From the NCBI RefSeq assembly GCF_003790525.1, contig NZ_CP033635.1: 64,000 nt of DNA; one strand, written 5' to 3'. Numbering within the stretch: the stretch's first letter is position 1; each line of letters begins with the position of its first letter. Shown here piece by piece: positions 36,381 to 45,954 of this stretch. Under the pieces are notes generated by a model that had not been told where the DNA came from, did not search any database, and saw nothing but the letters and a program-made list of their open reading frames with translations. The DNA comes from Escherichia coli. GTDB lineage: Bacteria; Pseudomonadota; Gammaproteobacteria; Enterobacterales; Enterobacteriaceae. A program made the position numbers and the translations under genes.

Positions 36381-38075
36381 ATGCATCCCACAGGCCCGCA
36401 TCTCGGGCCTGATGTTCTGTTTCGAGAGTCCAAAATGAAAGTGACATTAACGTTTAACGAACAACGTCGTGCGGCGTATCGTCAGCAAGGGCTATGGGGC
36501 GATGCTTCGCTGGCCGATTACTGGCAGCAGACCGCTCGTGCGATGCCAGACAAAATTGCCGTGGTCGATAATCATGGTGCATCATACACCTATAGCGCGC
36601 TCGATCACGCCGCGAGCTGTCTGGCAAACTGGATGTTGACGAAGGGTATTGAATCAGGCGATCGCATCGCATTTCAACTGCCTGGCTGGTGTGAATTTAC
36701 CGTTATCTATCTTGCCTGCCTGAAAATCGGTGCGGTTTCCGTACCGCTGTTGCCTTCCTGGCGGGAAGCAGAACTAGTATGGGTACTCAATAAGTGTCAG
36801 GCAAAAATGTTCTTTGCACCGACGTTGTTTAAACAAACGCGTCCGGTAGATTTAATCCTGCCGCTGCAAAATCAGCTTCCACAACTACAACAAATTGTCG
36901 GCGTGGACAAACTGGCTCCCGCCACCTCTTCCCTCTCATTAAGTCAGATTCTCGCCGACAATACCCCACTGACTACGGCGATAACGACCCACGGCGATGA
37001 ATTAGCCGCTGTGCTATTTACCTCCGGAACCGAGGGTCTGCCAAAGGGCGTGATGCTAACGCATAACAATATTCTCGCCAGTGAGCGGGCTTATTGCGCG
37101 CGGCTGAATCTGACCTGGCAGGATGTCTTTATGATGCCTGCGCCACTTGGTCACGCAACGGGCTTTCTGCATGGCGTAACAGCACCATTTTTAATTGGTG
37201 CTCGCAGCGTGTTGTTAGATATTTTCACTCCTGCTGCGTGTCTCGCGCTGCTTGAGCAGCAGCGTTGCACCTGTATGCTCGGCGCAACGCCGTTTGTCTA
37301 TGATCTTTTGAATTTACTAGAGAAACAGCCCGCAGACCTTTCAGCGCTGCGTTTCTTTCTTTGTGGCGGTACCACAATCCCCAAAAAAGTGGCGCGTGAA
37401 TGCCAGCAGCGCGGCATTAAATTATTAAGTGTTTATGGTTCCACAGAAAGTTCGCCGCATGCGGTGGTGAATCTCGATGATCCTTTGTCGCGCTTTATGC
37501 ACACCGATGGTTACGCTGCCGCAGGTGTAGAGATTAAAGTGGTCGATGGCGCACGCAAGACCTTACCGCCAGGTTGCGAAGGTGAAGAAGCCTCGCGTGG
37601 CCCCAATGTGTTTATGGGGTATTTTGATGAACCTGAATTAACCGCCCATGCCCTGGATGAAGAAGGCTGGTATTACAGCGGCGATCTCTGCCGCATGGAT
37701 GAGGCTGGCTATATAAAAATAACCGGGCGCAAGAAAGATATTATTGTCCGCGGCGGCGAAAATATTAGCAGCCGTGAAGTGGAAGATATTTTATTACAGC
37801 ATCCTAAAATTCACGATGCTTGTGTGGTTGCGATGCCCGATGAACGCTTAGGTGAACGTTCATGCGCTTATGTCGTGCTGAAAGCACCGCATCATTCATT
37901 ATCGCTGGAAGATGTAGTGGCATTTTTTAGCCGTAAACGGGTCGCGAAATATAAATATCCTGAACATATCGTGGTAATCGAAAAACTACCGCGCACTGCC
38001 TCCGGTAAAATACAAAAATTTTTGTTACGTAAAGATATTCTTCAACGGCTGGAACAAACATGCGTTGAGGCATAA
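36381..38075 (+). CDS. fadK: Short-chain acyl-CoA synthetase FadK (YdiD)
   Basis: AMP-binding motif FTSGTEGLPKG. Start is uncertain between 36381 and the internal ATG at 36435. Confidence 0.85.
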   Translation: MHPTGPHLGPDVLFRESKMKVTLTFNEQRRAAYRQQGLWGDASLADYWQQTARAMPDKIAVVDNHGASYTYSALDHAASCLANWMLTKGIESGDRIAFQLPGWCEFTVIYLACLKIGAVSVPLLPSWREAELVWVLNKCQAKMFFAPTLFKQTRPVDLILPLQNQLPQLQQIVGVDKLAPATSSLSLSQILADNTPLTTAITTHGDELAAVLFTSGTEGLPKGVMLTHNNILASERAYCARLNLTWQDVFMMPAPLGHATGFLHGVTAPFLIGARSVLLDIFTPAACLALLEQQRCTCMLGATPFVYDLLNLLEKQPADLSALRFFLCGGTTIPKKVARECQQRGIKLLSVYGSTESSPHAVVNLDDPLSRFMHTDGYAAAGVEIKVVDGARKTLPPGCEGEEASRGPNVFMGYFDEPELTAHALDEEGWYYSGDLCRMDEAGYIKITGRKKDIIVRGGENISSREVEDILLQHPKIHDACVVAMPDERLGERSCAYVVLKAPHHSLSLEDVVAFFSRKRVAKYKYPEHIVVIEKLPRTASGKIQKFLLRKDILQRLEQTCVEA

Positions 38076-38084
38076 GTCATAAAT

Positions 38085-38120
38085 AATAAAGCACCTTACA
38101 CGCAAGGTGCTTTATTCAAT
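38085..38120. terminator. Bidirectional rho-independent terminator between fadK and the downstream SDR gene
   Basis: AAAGCACCTT-ACACGC-AAGGTGCTTT hairpin with T-rich flanks on both strands. Confidence 0.7.
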
Positions 38121-38125
38121 CTCGA

Positions 38126-38869
38126 TTAACCACGTCCGACATACGGCATATTATTTGCCATAATCGTTATTTCCAGCACATTCGTGGTTACTGGCAACTG
38201 AGCCATCATCTGAATGGTCGCTGCAACATCAGCAACATTCATCATATCTTCCGCTTTAATAGCACCATCTGCCTGATAAACGCCCTTACGCATCCGATTC
38301 GATAATGTCGTTTCCGCATTGCCGATATTAATTTGCCCGCAAGCGATATTAAATTTGCGACAATCCAGGGAAATGGCCTTGGTCAACCCGGTAACAGCAT
38401 GTTTCGACGCCGTGTATGGCGCAGTATAGAGGCGCGGCGTCAGTGCAGAAATCGACGCATTGTTAATAATACGTCCTCCCATTGGCTGCTGCGCTTTCAT
38501 GATTTTAATCGCCTCTTTCGAACACAAAAATGTCGAATGAATATTGGCGTTAAACACGCGCGTCCACTCAGTAAACTCAACCTCTTCAATACTTTTTGCC
38601 GGACTATTATTGCCCGCATTTTTGAACAAGAGATCCAGTCGACCAAAAAGAGCCTTAATCTCGGCAAATAGCGCAACGACAGCGGACTCATCCGTGACAT
38701 CGGCAACCAGAGGAATAAAGCGTTCCTTGGCTAATCCTTGTGCACATTGCTGTAAGGTTTCTTCGTTACGCGCGGCAACAATAACTGTATATCCAATGTC
38801 ATAGAGTGCCTTTGCTGCTGCGTAGCCGATGCCTTTACTTCCCCCCGTCACCAGGGCAATTTTTGTCAT
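38126..38869 (-). CDS. Short-chain dehydrogenase/reductase (SDR) family oxidoreductase (247 aa)
   Basis: TGGSKGIGYAAA NAD(P)-binding motif, NAG motif and catalytic YTASK (YxxxK). Confidence 0.8.
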   Translation of the reverse strand: MTKIALVTGGSKGIGYAAAKALYDIGYTVIVAARNEETLQQCAQGLAKERFIPLVADVTDESAVVALFAEIKALFGRLDLLFKNAGNNSPAKSIEEVEFTEWTRVFNANIHSTFLCSKEAIKIMKAQQPMGGRIINNASISALTPRLYTAPYTASKHAVTGLTKAISLDCRKFNIACGQINIGNAETTLSNRMRKGVYQADGAIKAEDMMNVADVAATIQMMAQLPVTTNVLEITIMANNMPYVGRG

Positions 38870-38881
38870 AGCCAGCTCCGC

Positions 38882-39361
38882 CTATAATAAACTCATGTCG
38901 ATTTTCACGACTGTTTTTTTGATTTTTTCCACGTTATCGATTTTATAGCATGCCCGATGCACTTCTTCCGGAAAGACCACCACAAACTGTCCTGGTGTCA
39001 GCGTGATGATTCGATCATTAATACGTTCATCAGCATAAAAAATAACATCACGGTCGCCCAGGTGGCTTTCTACAACCGAGTTTTCCCCATCATCAAAATC
39101 CACACAAATCCGCTCTTCTCCGGCAATTAAAAAATGGACATCAAGATATTTACGATGAACTTCCGGTCGACATTCATGTAGTGGTTTAGTCATCGGTTCA
39201 ACCACGGTATAAAATATTGAGTCATCCTGAATAAAAACCTTCTCTCCCACAGGAAGACTATTCAGATCATGTTGTGAAAGATACTCAATGACACGAGTGA
39301 TGACAGGATGAAATGTCCGCTTTTGTTGTTCACTAAGATACGCGATATCACCATAAATCAT
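38882..39361 (-). CDS. YhcH/YjgK/YiaL-family (DUF386) protein, about 160 aa
   Basis: Conserved C-terminal block GQFVVVFPEEVHRACYKIDNVEKIKKTVVK resembles E. coli YhcH (DFVVFYPGEVHKP...KAVVKM). The ORF track extends to 39496; I place the start at MIYGDIAYL (39361). Confidence 0.65.
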   Translation of the reverse strand: MIYGDIAYLSEQQKRTFHPVITRVIEYLSQHDLNSLPVGEKVFIQDDSIFYTVVEPMTKPLHECRPEVHRKYLDVHFLIAGEERICVDFDDGENSVVESHLGDRDVIFYADERINDRIITLTPGQFVVVFPEEVHRACYKIDNVEKIKKTVVKIDMSLL

Positions 39362-39371
39362 ATTTTCCGCC

Positions 39372-40330
39372 TTATTGAGTAACAGGGGTAATAACTGGCC
39401 GTCCGCTAAAGAAAGCCTGTAAGTTATCAAATACCAAATCCGCCATCGCATTAAACGTTTCGCTCGTACCACTGGCGATATGTGGCGTAAGGACAACGTT
39501 ATCCAGCGACATTAATTGTTCTGGCACATGTGGTTCGTTGGCATAAACGTCCAGTGCCGCACCAGCAATGATGTTATTTTGCAGAGCATCAATCAGATCG
39601 GTTTCGTTCACCACTGATCCCCGGGAAATACTGATCAAATGCCCGGTTTTCCCCAGAGCCTGCAGCACCGTTTTGTCAATAACGCCGCGCGTACTCGCGC
39701 CGCCTGGCAGCGTCAGAACGAGGAAGTCCACCGCTTGCGCCAGAGAAACCAACGAATCATGCGCCGTCCAATCAGGTTTGTTATGCGGTTTTGGGTCGAA
39801 ATAGTGAATTTCCATTTCAAATGCTGCTGCACGGCGGGCTACTGCGTTACCAATGTTCCCCAGACCGACAATTCCGCAACGTTTGCCACTCACTTTCGTC
39901 GCCATCGGGAAACGCCCCTCGTTTGGCCAACGGCCGTCACGAACATAACAATCGGCAATGTTAATACGTCGGGCAACATTGAGTAACAACGCTATACCAA
40001 TGTCTGCGACACAGTCATTAAGCACGCCAGGTGTGTTGGTGACGATAACGCCATGCTCCCTGGCTGCCACGATATCAATAGGGTCATAACCCACACCGTT
40101 GCTGGCAATAATCTTCAGATTCGGAATTTTTCTATTAGCGCCCGAGAAGCCCCCATTACCGGATTACCACTGGTCACCAGCGCCTGAATATCCGGCGCGA
40201 TTTGCGTGTAAAAAGCGCCTTCATCAGCCAGTTCCCACAGGCGATATGCGGTGAAGGTAGATTCAACTTTAGCCATTAAGCGGTCACTTAATTTGCCGAC
40301 GATCGCCACTTGAATATCTTTTAAGTTCAT
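39372..40330 (-). pseudogene. D-isomer-specific 2-hydroxyacid dehydrogenase, split by a probable 1-nt deletion
   Basis: N-terminal 71-aa ORF (40115..40330) and C-terminal 240-aa ORF (39372..40094; GIVGLGNIGNAVA NAD motif, catalytic His in HIASGT) are in different frames. The junction reads GAAAAATTCCGAATCTGAAGATT (minus strand); one extra C would give the contiguous EKFPNLKIIASNGVGYDPIDI. Confidence 0.7.
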
Positions 40331-40365
40331 ACACTATTCCTTGATTGATGTTTGTCGCAGGCCAC

Positions 40366-41772
40366 TTACCACAGGCCAAGAATTTTCCACCACACCGCCC
40401 CCAGTCCGAACCAGATGGCAATGTTCAACAACATGACGATAAAGCCCAGCCGCCACCATTCTCGTTGCGAGACATAGCCAGCGCCGTAATAGATCACTGC
40501 GGGTCCGTTGCCATAATGCGAAATGCCGCTCATCAGGTTAGTGACGAACGCCAGTGACAGAGCCGCCATCATCGGCGGTGCGCCAGCAGCAACCGAGACG
40601 CTGCCAAAAGCGGCATACATCGCCACTACATGCGGCGTACTTCCGGCAAAGAAATAGTGGGAATAGCAGTAAACTATCAGCAACACCGTCAACGTTATCT
40701 CCCACGGAATGCCGGTGAACAGCGCCGAGGTTGTGACGGCAAACCATTTGAACAGGCCAAGCTGATTGAGCTTATCTGCCATACAGATCATGACTCCCAG
40801 CCAGACCAGAATGTCCCAGGCCCCCTTCTCTGACTGCACATCCTGCCAGGTGATAATCCGGGTCATCAACATTAAACAGACGCCAGAAAGCGCGACAGCC
40901 GTCGCATCCAGGCCAGTCCATTTCGATGTACTCCAGGCCAATAATGAAAGCAGGAAAATGCCAATTGTCACGCGCTCATCACGGGTTACCGGCCCCATTT
41001 TGATAAGTTCTTCCTGTGCCAACGCTTTGGCTTCTGGCGTCTTTTTGATCTCTGGCGGGTAGAGTTTGTAAATGACCAACGGCATAGTGATAAAAGCGAT
41101 AATGCCCGGCACCAGTGCGCTTAGCGTCCACATCCCCCATGAGATATCGACAAATAAAGTGCTGGCCGCCAGAGATACAATGAGTGCATTTGGCGCGCTG
41201 GCCGTCATAAACATCGAGGATGAGAGACAGTTGGAATGGAACACCGTCTGCATCAGATAAGCGCCTATTTTACGCGGCCCTTGATCCGGTTCAGATCCAA
41301 AGCTGTTAGAGACACTGCGAACAATCGGGAACAAAATCCCTCCTGCTCGCGCTGTGTTTGATGGCGTTGCGGGCGCGATAATCATATCGCTTAGCGCCAA
41401 TGTATAACCCAGACGCAACGAGCTGCCGCCAAATCCGCGAATCAGCAAATAGGCGATACGCCGCCCCAACCCCGTTTTGATGAATCCTTTCGCGTACAGG
41501 AATGCGGCGACAATAAGCCATACCGTCGTGCTGCTGAAACCTTTTAAGGCTTCGCTGGTTTTCATCATACCGGTCAGCATAATAAAACTGATGGCTATTA
41601 ACGCGATAGCGCCCACCGGCAACGGTTGCAGAATAAACGCCACCACAGTGGTGATAAATATGGCCAGAATGTGCCAGGTTAAGGGTGTTAATCCGTCGGG
41701 GACGGGGAAAAACCATATAGCGAGTGCGACAATCGCACAAATCAGGACTTTCAAATAGCAACTCATATGCAA
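40366..41772 (-). CDS. DASS-family anion transporter (CitT/TtdT-like), 466-468 aa
   Basis: Motifs shared with E. coli CitT: FPVPDG, GFSSTTVWL, GLGRRIA, TPSNTARAGG, SSSMF, YWRLG-like C-terminus. The second ATG at 41766 has the better Shine-Dalgarno spacing. Confidence 0.8.
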   Translation of the reverse strand: MHMSCYLKVLICAIVALAIWFFPVPDGLTPLTWHILAIFITTVVAFILQPLPVGAIALIAISFIMLTGMMKTSEALKGFSSTTVWLIVAAFLYAKGFIKTGLGRRIAYLLIRGFGGSSLRLGYTLALSDMIIAPATPSNTARAGGILFPIVRSVSNSFGSEPDQGPRKIGAYLMQTVFHSNCLSSSMFMTASAPNALIVSLAASTLFVDISWGMWTLSALVPGIIAFITMPLVIYKLYPPEIKKTPEAKALAQEELIKMGPVTRDERVTIGIFLLSLLAWSTSKWTGLDATAVALSGVCLMLMTRIITWQDVQSEKGAWDILVWLGVMICMADKLNQLGLFKWFAVTTSALFTGIPWEITLTVLLIVYCYSHYFFAGSTPHVVAMYAAFGSVSVAAGAPPMMAALSLAFVTNLMSGISHYGNGPAVIYYGAGYVSQREWWRLGFIVMLLNIAIWFGLGAVWWKILGLW

Positions 41773-42218
41773 TCCCTGTAGCTGTTTCCCACCGCTCGCG
41801 GAGGGAATTTATCCTGTTTTCTGTACAGCCAGACAAATCAGAAAATCGGTTTTAGTTCGAATAAATTCTCTGAATTACATAATCTGCGCTTATGTCTGAA
41901 TAACGGTGCGGTAATTTTTCATGGCCATATCCCTTTTTATGCTGTGGTTGAAGATAGTATAAAAACGGGACTCATCAGTGACTTCGTGCAATCCAACGAA
42001 CTCTGGACGAAAAAATTACGCATATGCTTAAGGAAATTGACGTGTGGTCACATTCGGCTTTGAGAAAAAACGGTATCGAGAATTATTCTGTGGAGAGGAT
42101 CGCAAACAAATTAAAATCAGAAAGAACAGCAGCCAATTATTCAGATGATGTCCGGAAACTTTTTATATTGCATGAGCGCGTTTGCCCAAAGCAGGTTGTT
42201 AAAAGGTGGGGATATAGA

Positions 42219-42253
42219 AATGGACCCGGCGACTGAACGCCGCCGGGTTTTTA
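42219..42253. terminator. Terminator hairpin abutting the ppsA stop codon
   Basis: ACCCGGCG-ACTGAA-CGCCGGGT followed by TTTTTATTT on the plus strand; likely the ppsA terminator acting bidirectionally. Confidence 0.6.
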
Positions 42254-42254
42254 T

Positions 42255-44633
42255 TTACTTGTTAAGTTCAGCCAGACTTAACCAGGTTTGCACCACGGTG
42301 TCCGGGTTAAGAGACAGGCTATCGATCCCCTCTTCCATCAACCATGCAGCAAAGTCTTCGTGGTCGGATGGACCCTGACCGCAAATCCCGACATATTTGC
42401 CCTGTTTCTTCGCGGCACGAATCGCCATCGACAGCAGTGCTTTCACCGCATCGTTGCGCTCATCGAACAGTTCAGATACCACGCCGGAGTCACGATCCAG
42501 ACCGAGCGCCAGCTGCGTCATGTCGTTTGAGCCAATTGAGAAGCCGTCGAAATATTCGAGGAACTGCTCGGCCAGCAAGGCGTTGGACGGGATTTCACAC
42601 ATCATGATGATTTTCAGCCCGTTCTCACCACGTTTCAGCCCCTGACGCGCCAGTTCCTCAACCACCGCTTTCGCCTGATCTACGGTACGCACGAACGGGA
42701 TCATGATCTCAACGTTGGTCAGCCCCATGTCGTTGCGCACACGTTTCACTGCTTCACACTCCAGCGCGAAGCAGTCGCGGAAGCTGTCGGAAACATAGCG
42801 GCCCGCGCCACGGAAGCCGAGCATCGGGTTCTCTTCATCTGGCTCGTAACGCTCACCACCGACCAGGTTGGCATATTCGTTCGATTTAAAATCAGAGAGA
42901 CGGACAATGACGCGCTTCGGATAAAACGCGGCACCCAGCGTCGCGATCCCTTCAGTCAGACGACCAACGTAAAATTCACGCGGAGAATCAAAACCTTTCA
43001 TCATCTCGCGGATTTCGTTTTGCAACTGCGGTTCTTGATCGTCAAACTCAAGCAGCGCGCGTGGGTGGACGCCAATCATACGGTTGATGATAAATTCCAG
43101 ACGCGCAAGGCCCACGCCTTCGTTCGGCAGGCAGGCGAAGTCGAAAGCACGATCCGGGTTACCGACGTTCATCATCACCTTCAACGGCAGGTCCGGCATC
43201 GTTTCTACGCTGGAGCTTTTCACGCTAAATTCCAGCAACTCCGCATAGACATAACCGGTATCACCTTCGGCACAAGAAACAGTGACGTTCTCACCGTCTT
43301 TCATCCGTTCTGTTGCATCACCACAGCCCACTACCGCCGGAATGCCGAGTTCACGAGCGATGATCGCCGCGTGACAGGTACGACCGCCACGGTTGGTGAC
43401 GATGGCAGATGCTTTCTTCATGATCGGTTCCCAGTCCGGGTCGGTCATGTCAGTAACCAGCACGTCACCAGGTTCGATGCGGTTCATTTCGCTGATGTCA
43501 TGGATGACTTTCACCGGACCCGCGCCGATGCGATGACCGATAGCACGGCCTTCGGCGATAATCTTACCCTGTGAATGCAGCGTATAACGCTCCATGACCT
43601 GACCGCGTGAGCGCACGGTTTCCGGACGCGCCTGCACAATGAACAGTTTGCCGGTGTGGCCATCTTTCGCCCACTCAATATCCATCGGGCGACCGTAGTG
43701 TTTCTCAATTTGTACGGCCTGTTTTGCCAGTTCCTGCACTTCTTCGTTGGTCAGCGAGAAGATGTCACGCTGTTCCTGCGGTACGTCTTCGATTTTAACC
43801 TGCTTGCCGTGCTCCTGGGTCGGCGCGTAAACCATGCGGATTTTTTTCGACCCCATGGTGCGGCGCACGATAGCCGGGCGATTCGCCGCCAGTGTCGGTT
43901 TGTGCACGTAAAACTCATCCGGGTTAACCGCACCCTGCACGACCATTTCACCAAGGCCCCATGCGGAAGTGATAAACACCACCTGGTCAAAGCCGGATTC
44001 GGTATCAATGGAGAACATCACGCCAGAAGATGCGAGGTCGGAGCGCACCATCCGCTGAACACCGGCGGAGAGCGCCACGCCACGGTGATCGTAACCCTGG
44101 TGCACACGATAAGAGATGGCGCGATCGTTAAACAGAGAAGCAAATACATGTTTCACTGCCACGAGAACGGCGTCAAAACCCTGAACGTTGAGGAAGGTTT
44201 CCTGCTGACCGGCAAAAGAAGCGTCCGGCATATCTTCTGCAGTAGCGGAGGAACGCACCGCAAACGAGGCGTTTTCGTCATCGGCGGAAAGCTGTGCATA
44301 GGCTTCGCGGATGGCGTTTTCCAGCTCAGGCTGGAAGGGAGTGTCGATAATCCACTGGCGGATTTGCGCGCCCGCTTTCGCAAGCTGGGTAACATCGTCA
44401 ATATCCGTTTTATCCAGCAGTTCATAAATGCGCTGGTTTACGCCGCTTTGGTCCAGAAACTGGTTAAACGCGTCGGCGGTTGTGGCGAAACCATTCGGAA
44501 CGGAAACACCCATTCCGGAAAGGTTAGTAATCATTTCACCCAGGGAGGCATTTTTGCCCCCAACCCTGTCTACATCATTCATGCCGAGTTGGTTATACCA
44601 AAGCACCAGCGGTGACGAGCCATTGTTGGACAT
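42255..44633 (-). CDS. ppsA: Phosphoenolpyruvate synthase (792 aa)
   Basis: Full-length PpsA by sequence, [34 protein letters not shown] onwards. Confidence 0.96.
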   Translation of the reverse strand: MSNNGSSPLVLWYNQLGMNDVDRVGGKNASLGEMITNLSGMGVSVPNGFATTADAFNQFLDQSGVNQRIYELLDKTDIDDVTQLAKAGAQIRQWIIDTPFQPELENAIREAYAQLSADDENASFAVRSSATAEDMPDASFAGQQETFLNVQGFDAVLVAVKHVFASLFNDRAISYRVHQGYDHRGVALSAGVQRMVRSDLASSGVMFSIDTESGFDQVVFITSAWGLGEMVVQGAVNPDEFYVHKPTLAANRPAIVRRTMGSKKIRMVYAPTQEHGKQVKIEDVPQEQRDIFSLTNEEVQELAKQAVQIEKHYGRPMDIEWAKDGHTGKLFIVQARPETVRSRGQVMERYTLHSQGKIIAEGRAIGHRIGAGPVKVIHDISEMNRIEPGDVLVTDMTDPDWEPIMKKASAIVTNRGGRTCHAAIIARELGIPAVVGCGDATERMKDGENVTVSCAEGDTGYVYAELLEFSVKSSSVETMPDLPLKVMMNVGNPDRAFDFACLPNEGVGLARLEFIINRMIGVHPRALLEFDDQEPQLQNEIREMMKGFDSPREFYVGRLTEGIATLGAAFYPKRVIVRLSDFKSNEYANLVGGERYEPDEENPMLGFRGAGRYVSDSFRDCFALECEAVKRVRNDMGLTNVEIMIPFVRTVDQAKAVVEELARQGLKRGENGLKIIMMCEIPSNALLAEQFLEYFDGFSIGSNDMTQLALGLDRDSGVVSELFDERNDAVKALLSMAIRAAKKQGKYVGICGQGPSDHEDFAAWLMEEGIDSLSLNPDTVVQTWLSLAELNK

Positions 44634-44718
44634 CGAACAATCCTTTTGTGATAAATGAACGGTTTGAGAAACACATTTCTGCGCATTTATCTTTGCATAT
44701 TTAACCGGATGAAAAAAA

Positions 44719-44734
44719 CGGTGAATCGTTCAAG
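44719..44734. promoter_or_regulatory. Cra (FruR)-box-like site in the ppsA promoter
   Basis: GGTGAATCGTTCAAGC resembles the Cra consensus; ppsA is a known Cra-activated gene. Confidence 0.5.
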
Positions 44735-44964
44735 CAAATATATTTTTTTACTTTTTAAGACTGATCCCAGCGTTGCGCAAATCTGCTCTCTTCGACAATT
44801 TCCACATAAACCATCGGTATAAACGAAACCATAAAAATGAAATGCTGTTTTCATAAAAAATAAAATTGAAGGTTCATTTATAAACCAGACATAACGTTCT
44901 ACGCTTCTGTGCGTTTTTAATTTATGCTTTCATAGAATTATGTCTGCATCACGGGAAGAACAAA

Positions 44965-45798
44965 ATGGATAATGCTGTTGATCGCCACGTTTTTTATATT
45001 TCTGATGGTACGGCAATAACTGCGGAGGTATTAGGACACGCAGTAATGTCACAATTTCCCGTCACTATCAGCAGCATTACGCTGCCGTTTGTCGAAAATG
45101 AGAGCCGTGCACGGGCAGTGAAGGATCAGATTGACGCAATTTATCACCAGACAGGCGTGCGCCCGCTGGTCTTCTACTCCATCGTGTTGCCGGAGATTCG
45201 CGCCATCATCTTGCAAAGTGAGGGCTTTTGCCAGGATATCGTTCAGGCGCTGGTTGCCCCGCTACAACAAGAGATGAAACTGGATCCCACGCCGATTGCT
45301 CATCGTACCCATGGCCTGAACCCTAATAACCTCAATAAATATGATGCGCGTATTGCGGCGATTGATTACACCCTTGCCCATGACGACGGCATTTCGTTGC
45401 GCAATCTGGACCAGGCTCAGGTGATCCTGCTCGGTGTTTCTCGCTGTGGTAAAACCCCCACCAGTCTGTATCTGGCAATGCAATTTGGTATCCGCGCGGC
45501 AAACTACCCCTTTATTGCCGACGATATGGATAATCTGGTGCTACCCGCGTCGCTCAAACCGCTTCAGCACAAATTGTTCGGCCTGACTATCGACCCGGAA
45601 CGTCTGGCGGCGATTCGCGAGGAACGTCGGGAGAACAGTCGCTATGCCTCGCTTCGTCAGTGCAGGATGGAAGTCGCGGAAGTGGAAGCGTTGTACCGTA
45701 AAAATCAGATCCCGTGGATTAACAGTACCAATTATTCGGTAGAAGAGATTGCCACCAAGATCCTCGATATCATGGGCCTTAGCCGTCGAATGTACTAG
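44965..45798 (+). CDS. ppsR: PEP synthase regulatory protein PpsR (YdiA, 277 aa)
   Basis: Divergent from ppsA; P-loop GVSRCGKT. Confidence 0.93.
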
Positions 45799-45811
45799 AG
45801 AACTAGTGCAT
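45790..45811. promoter_or_regulatory. TrpR operator of aroH
   Basis: ATGTACTAGAGAACTAGTGCAT contains the CTAG-type Trp repressor operator upstream of aroH. Confidence 0.7.
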
Positions 45812-45954
45812 TAACTTATTTTTTTGTTATCATGCTAACCACCCGGCGAGGTGTGACACACCTCGCACTTGAAATCAGCTGCGATTGGTTTATCGTGATG
45901 CGCATCACTTCCCGGTAGTCCTGCCGTAGAAGCAACAAATTTCTGAGACTTGTA

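Larger units (their letters stand above)
38116..42218 (-). other. Accessory four-gene insert between fadK and ppsA (transporter, dehydrogenase pseudogene, YhcH-like, SDR), not recalled in K-12
   Basis: Four same-strand tightly spaced ORFs bounded by terminator hairpins at 38085..38120 and 42219..42253. K-12 has fadK (b1701) and ppsA (b1702) adjacent, from memory. Confidence 0.6.

Noticed and set aside
42024-42236. 70-aa plus-strand ORF as a confident protein-coding gene
   Set aside because: No recognisable motif or ribosome-binding site and it overlaps the terminator hairpin; kept only as a low-confidence finding, not a feature.
43020-44615. Plus-strand ORFs of 184 and 319 aa inside ppsA
   Set aside because: Antisense to full-length ppsA with no recognisable domains; typical shadow ORFs.
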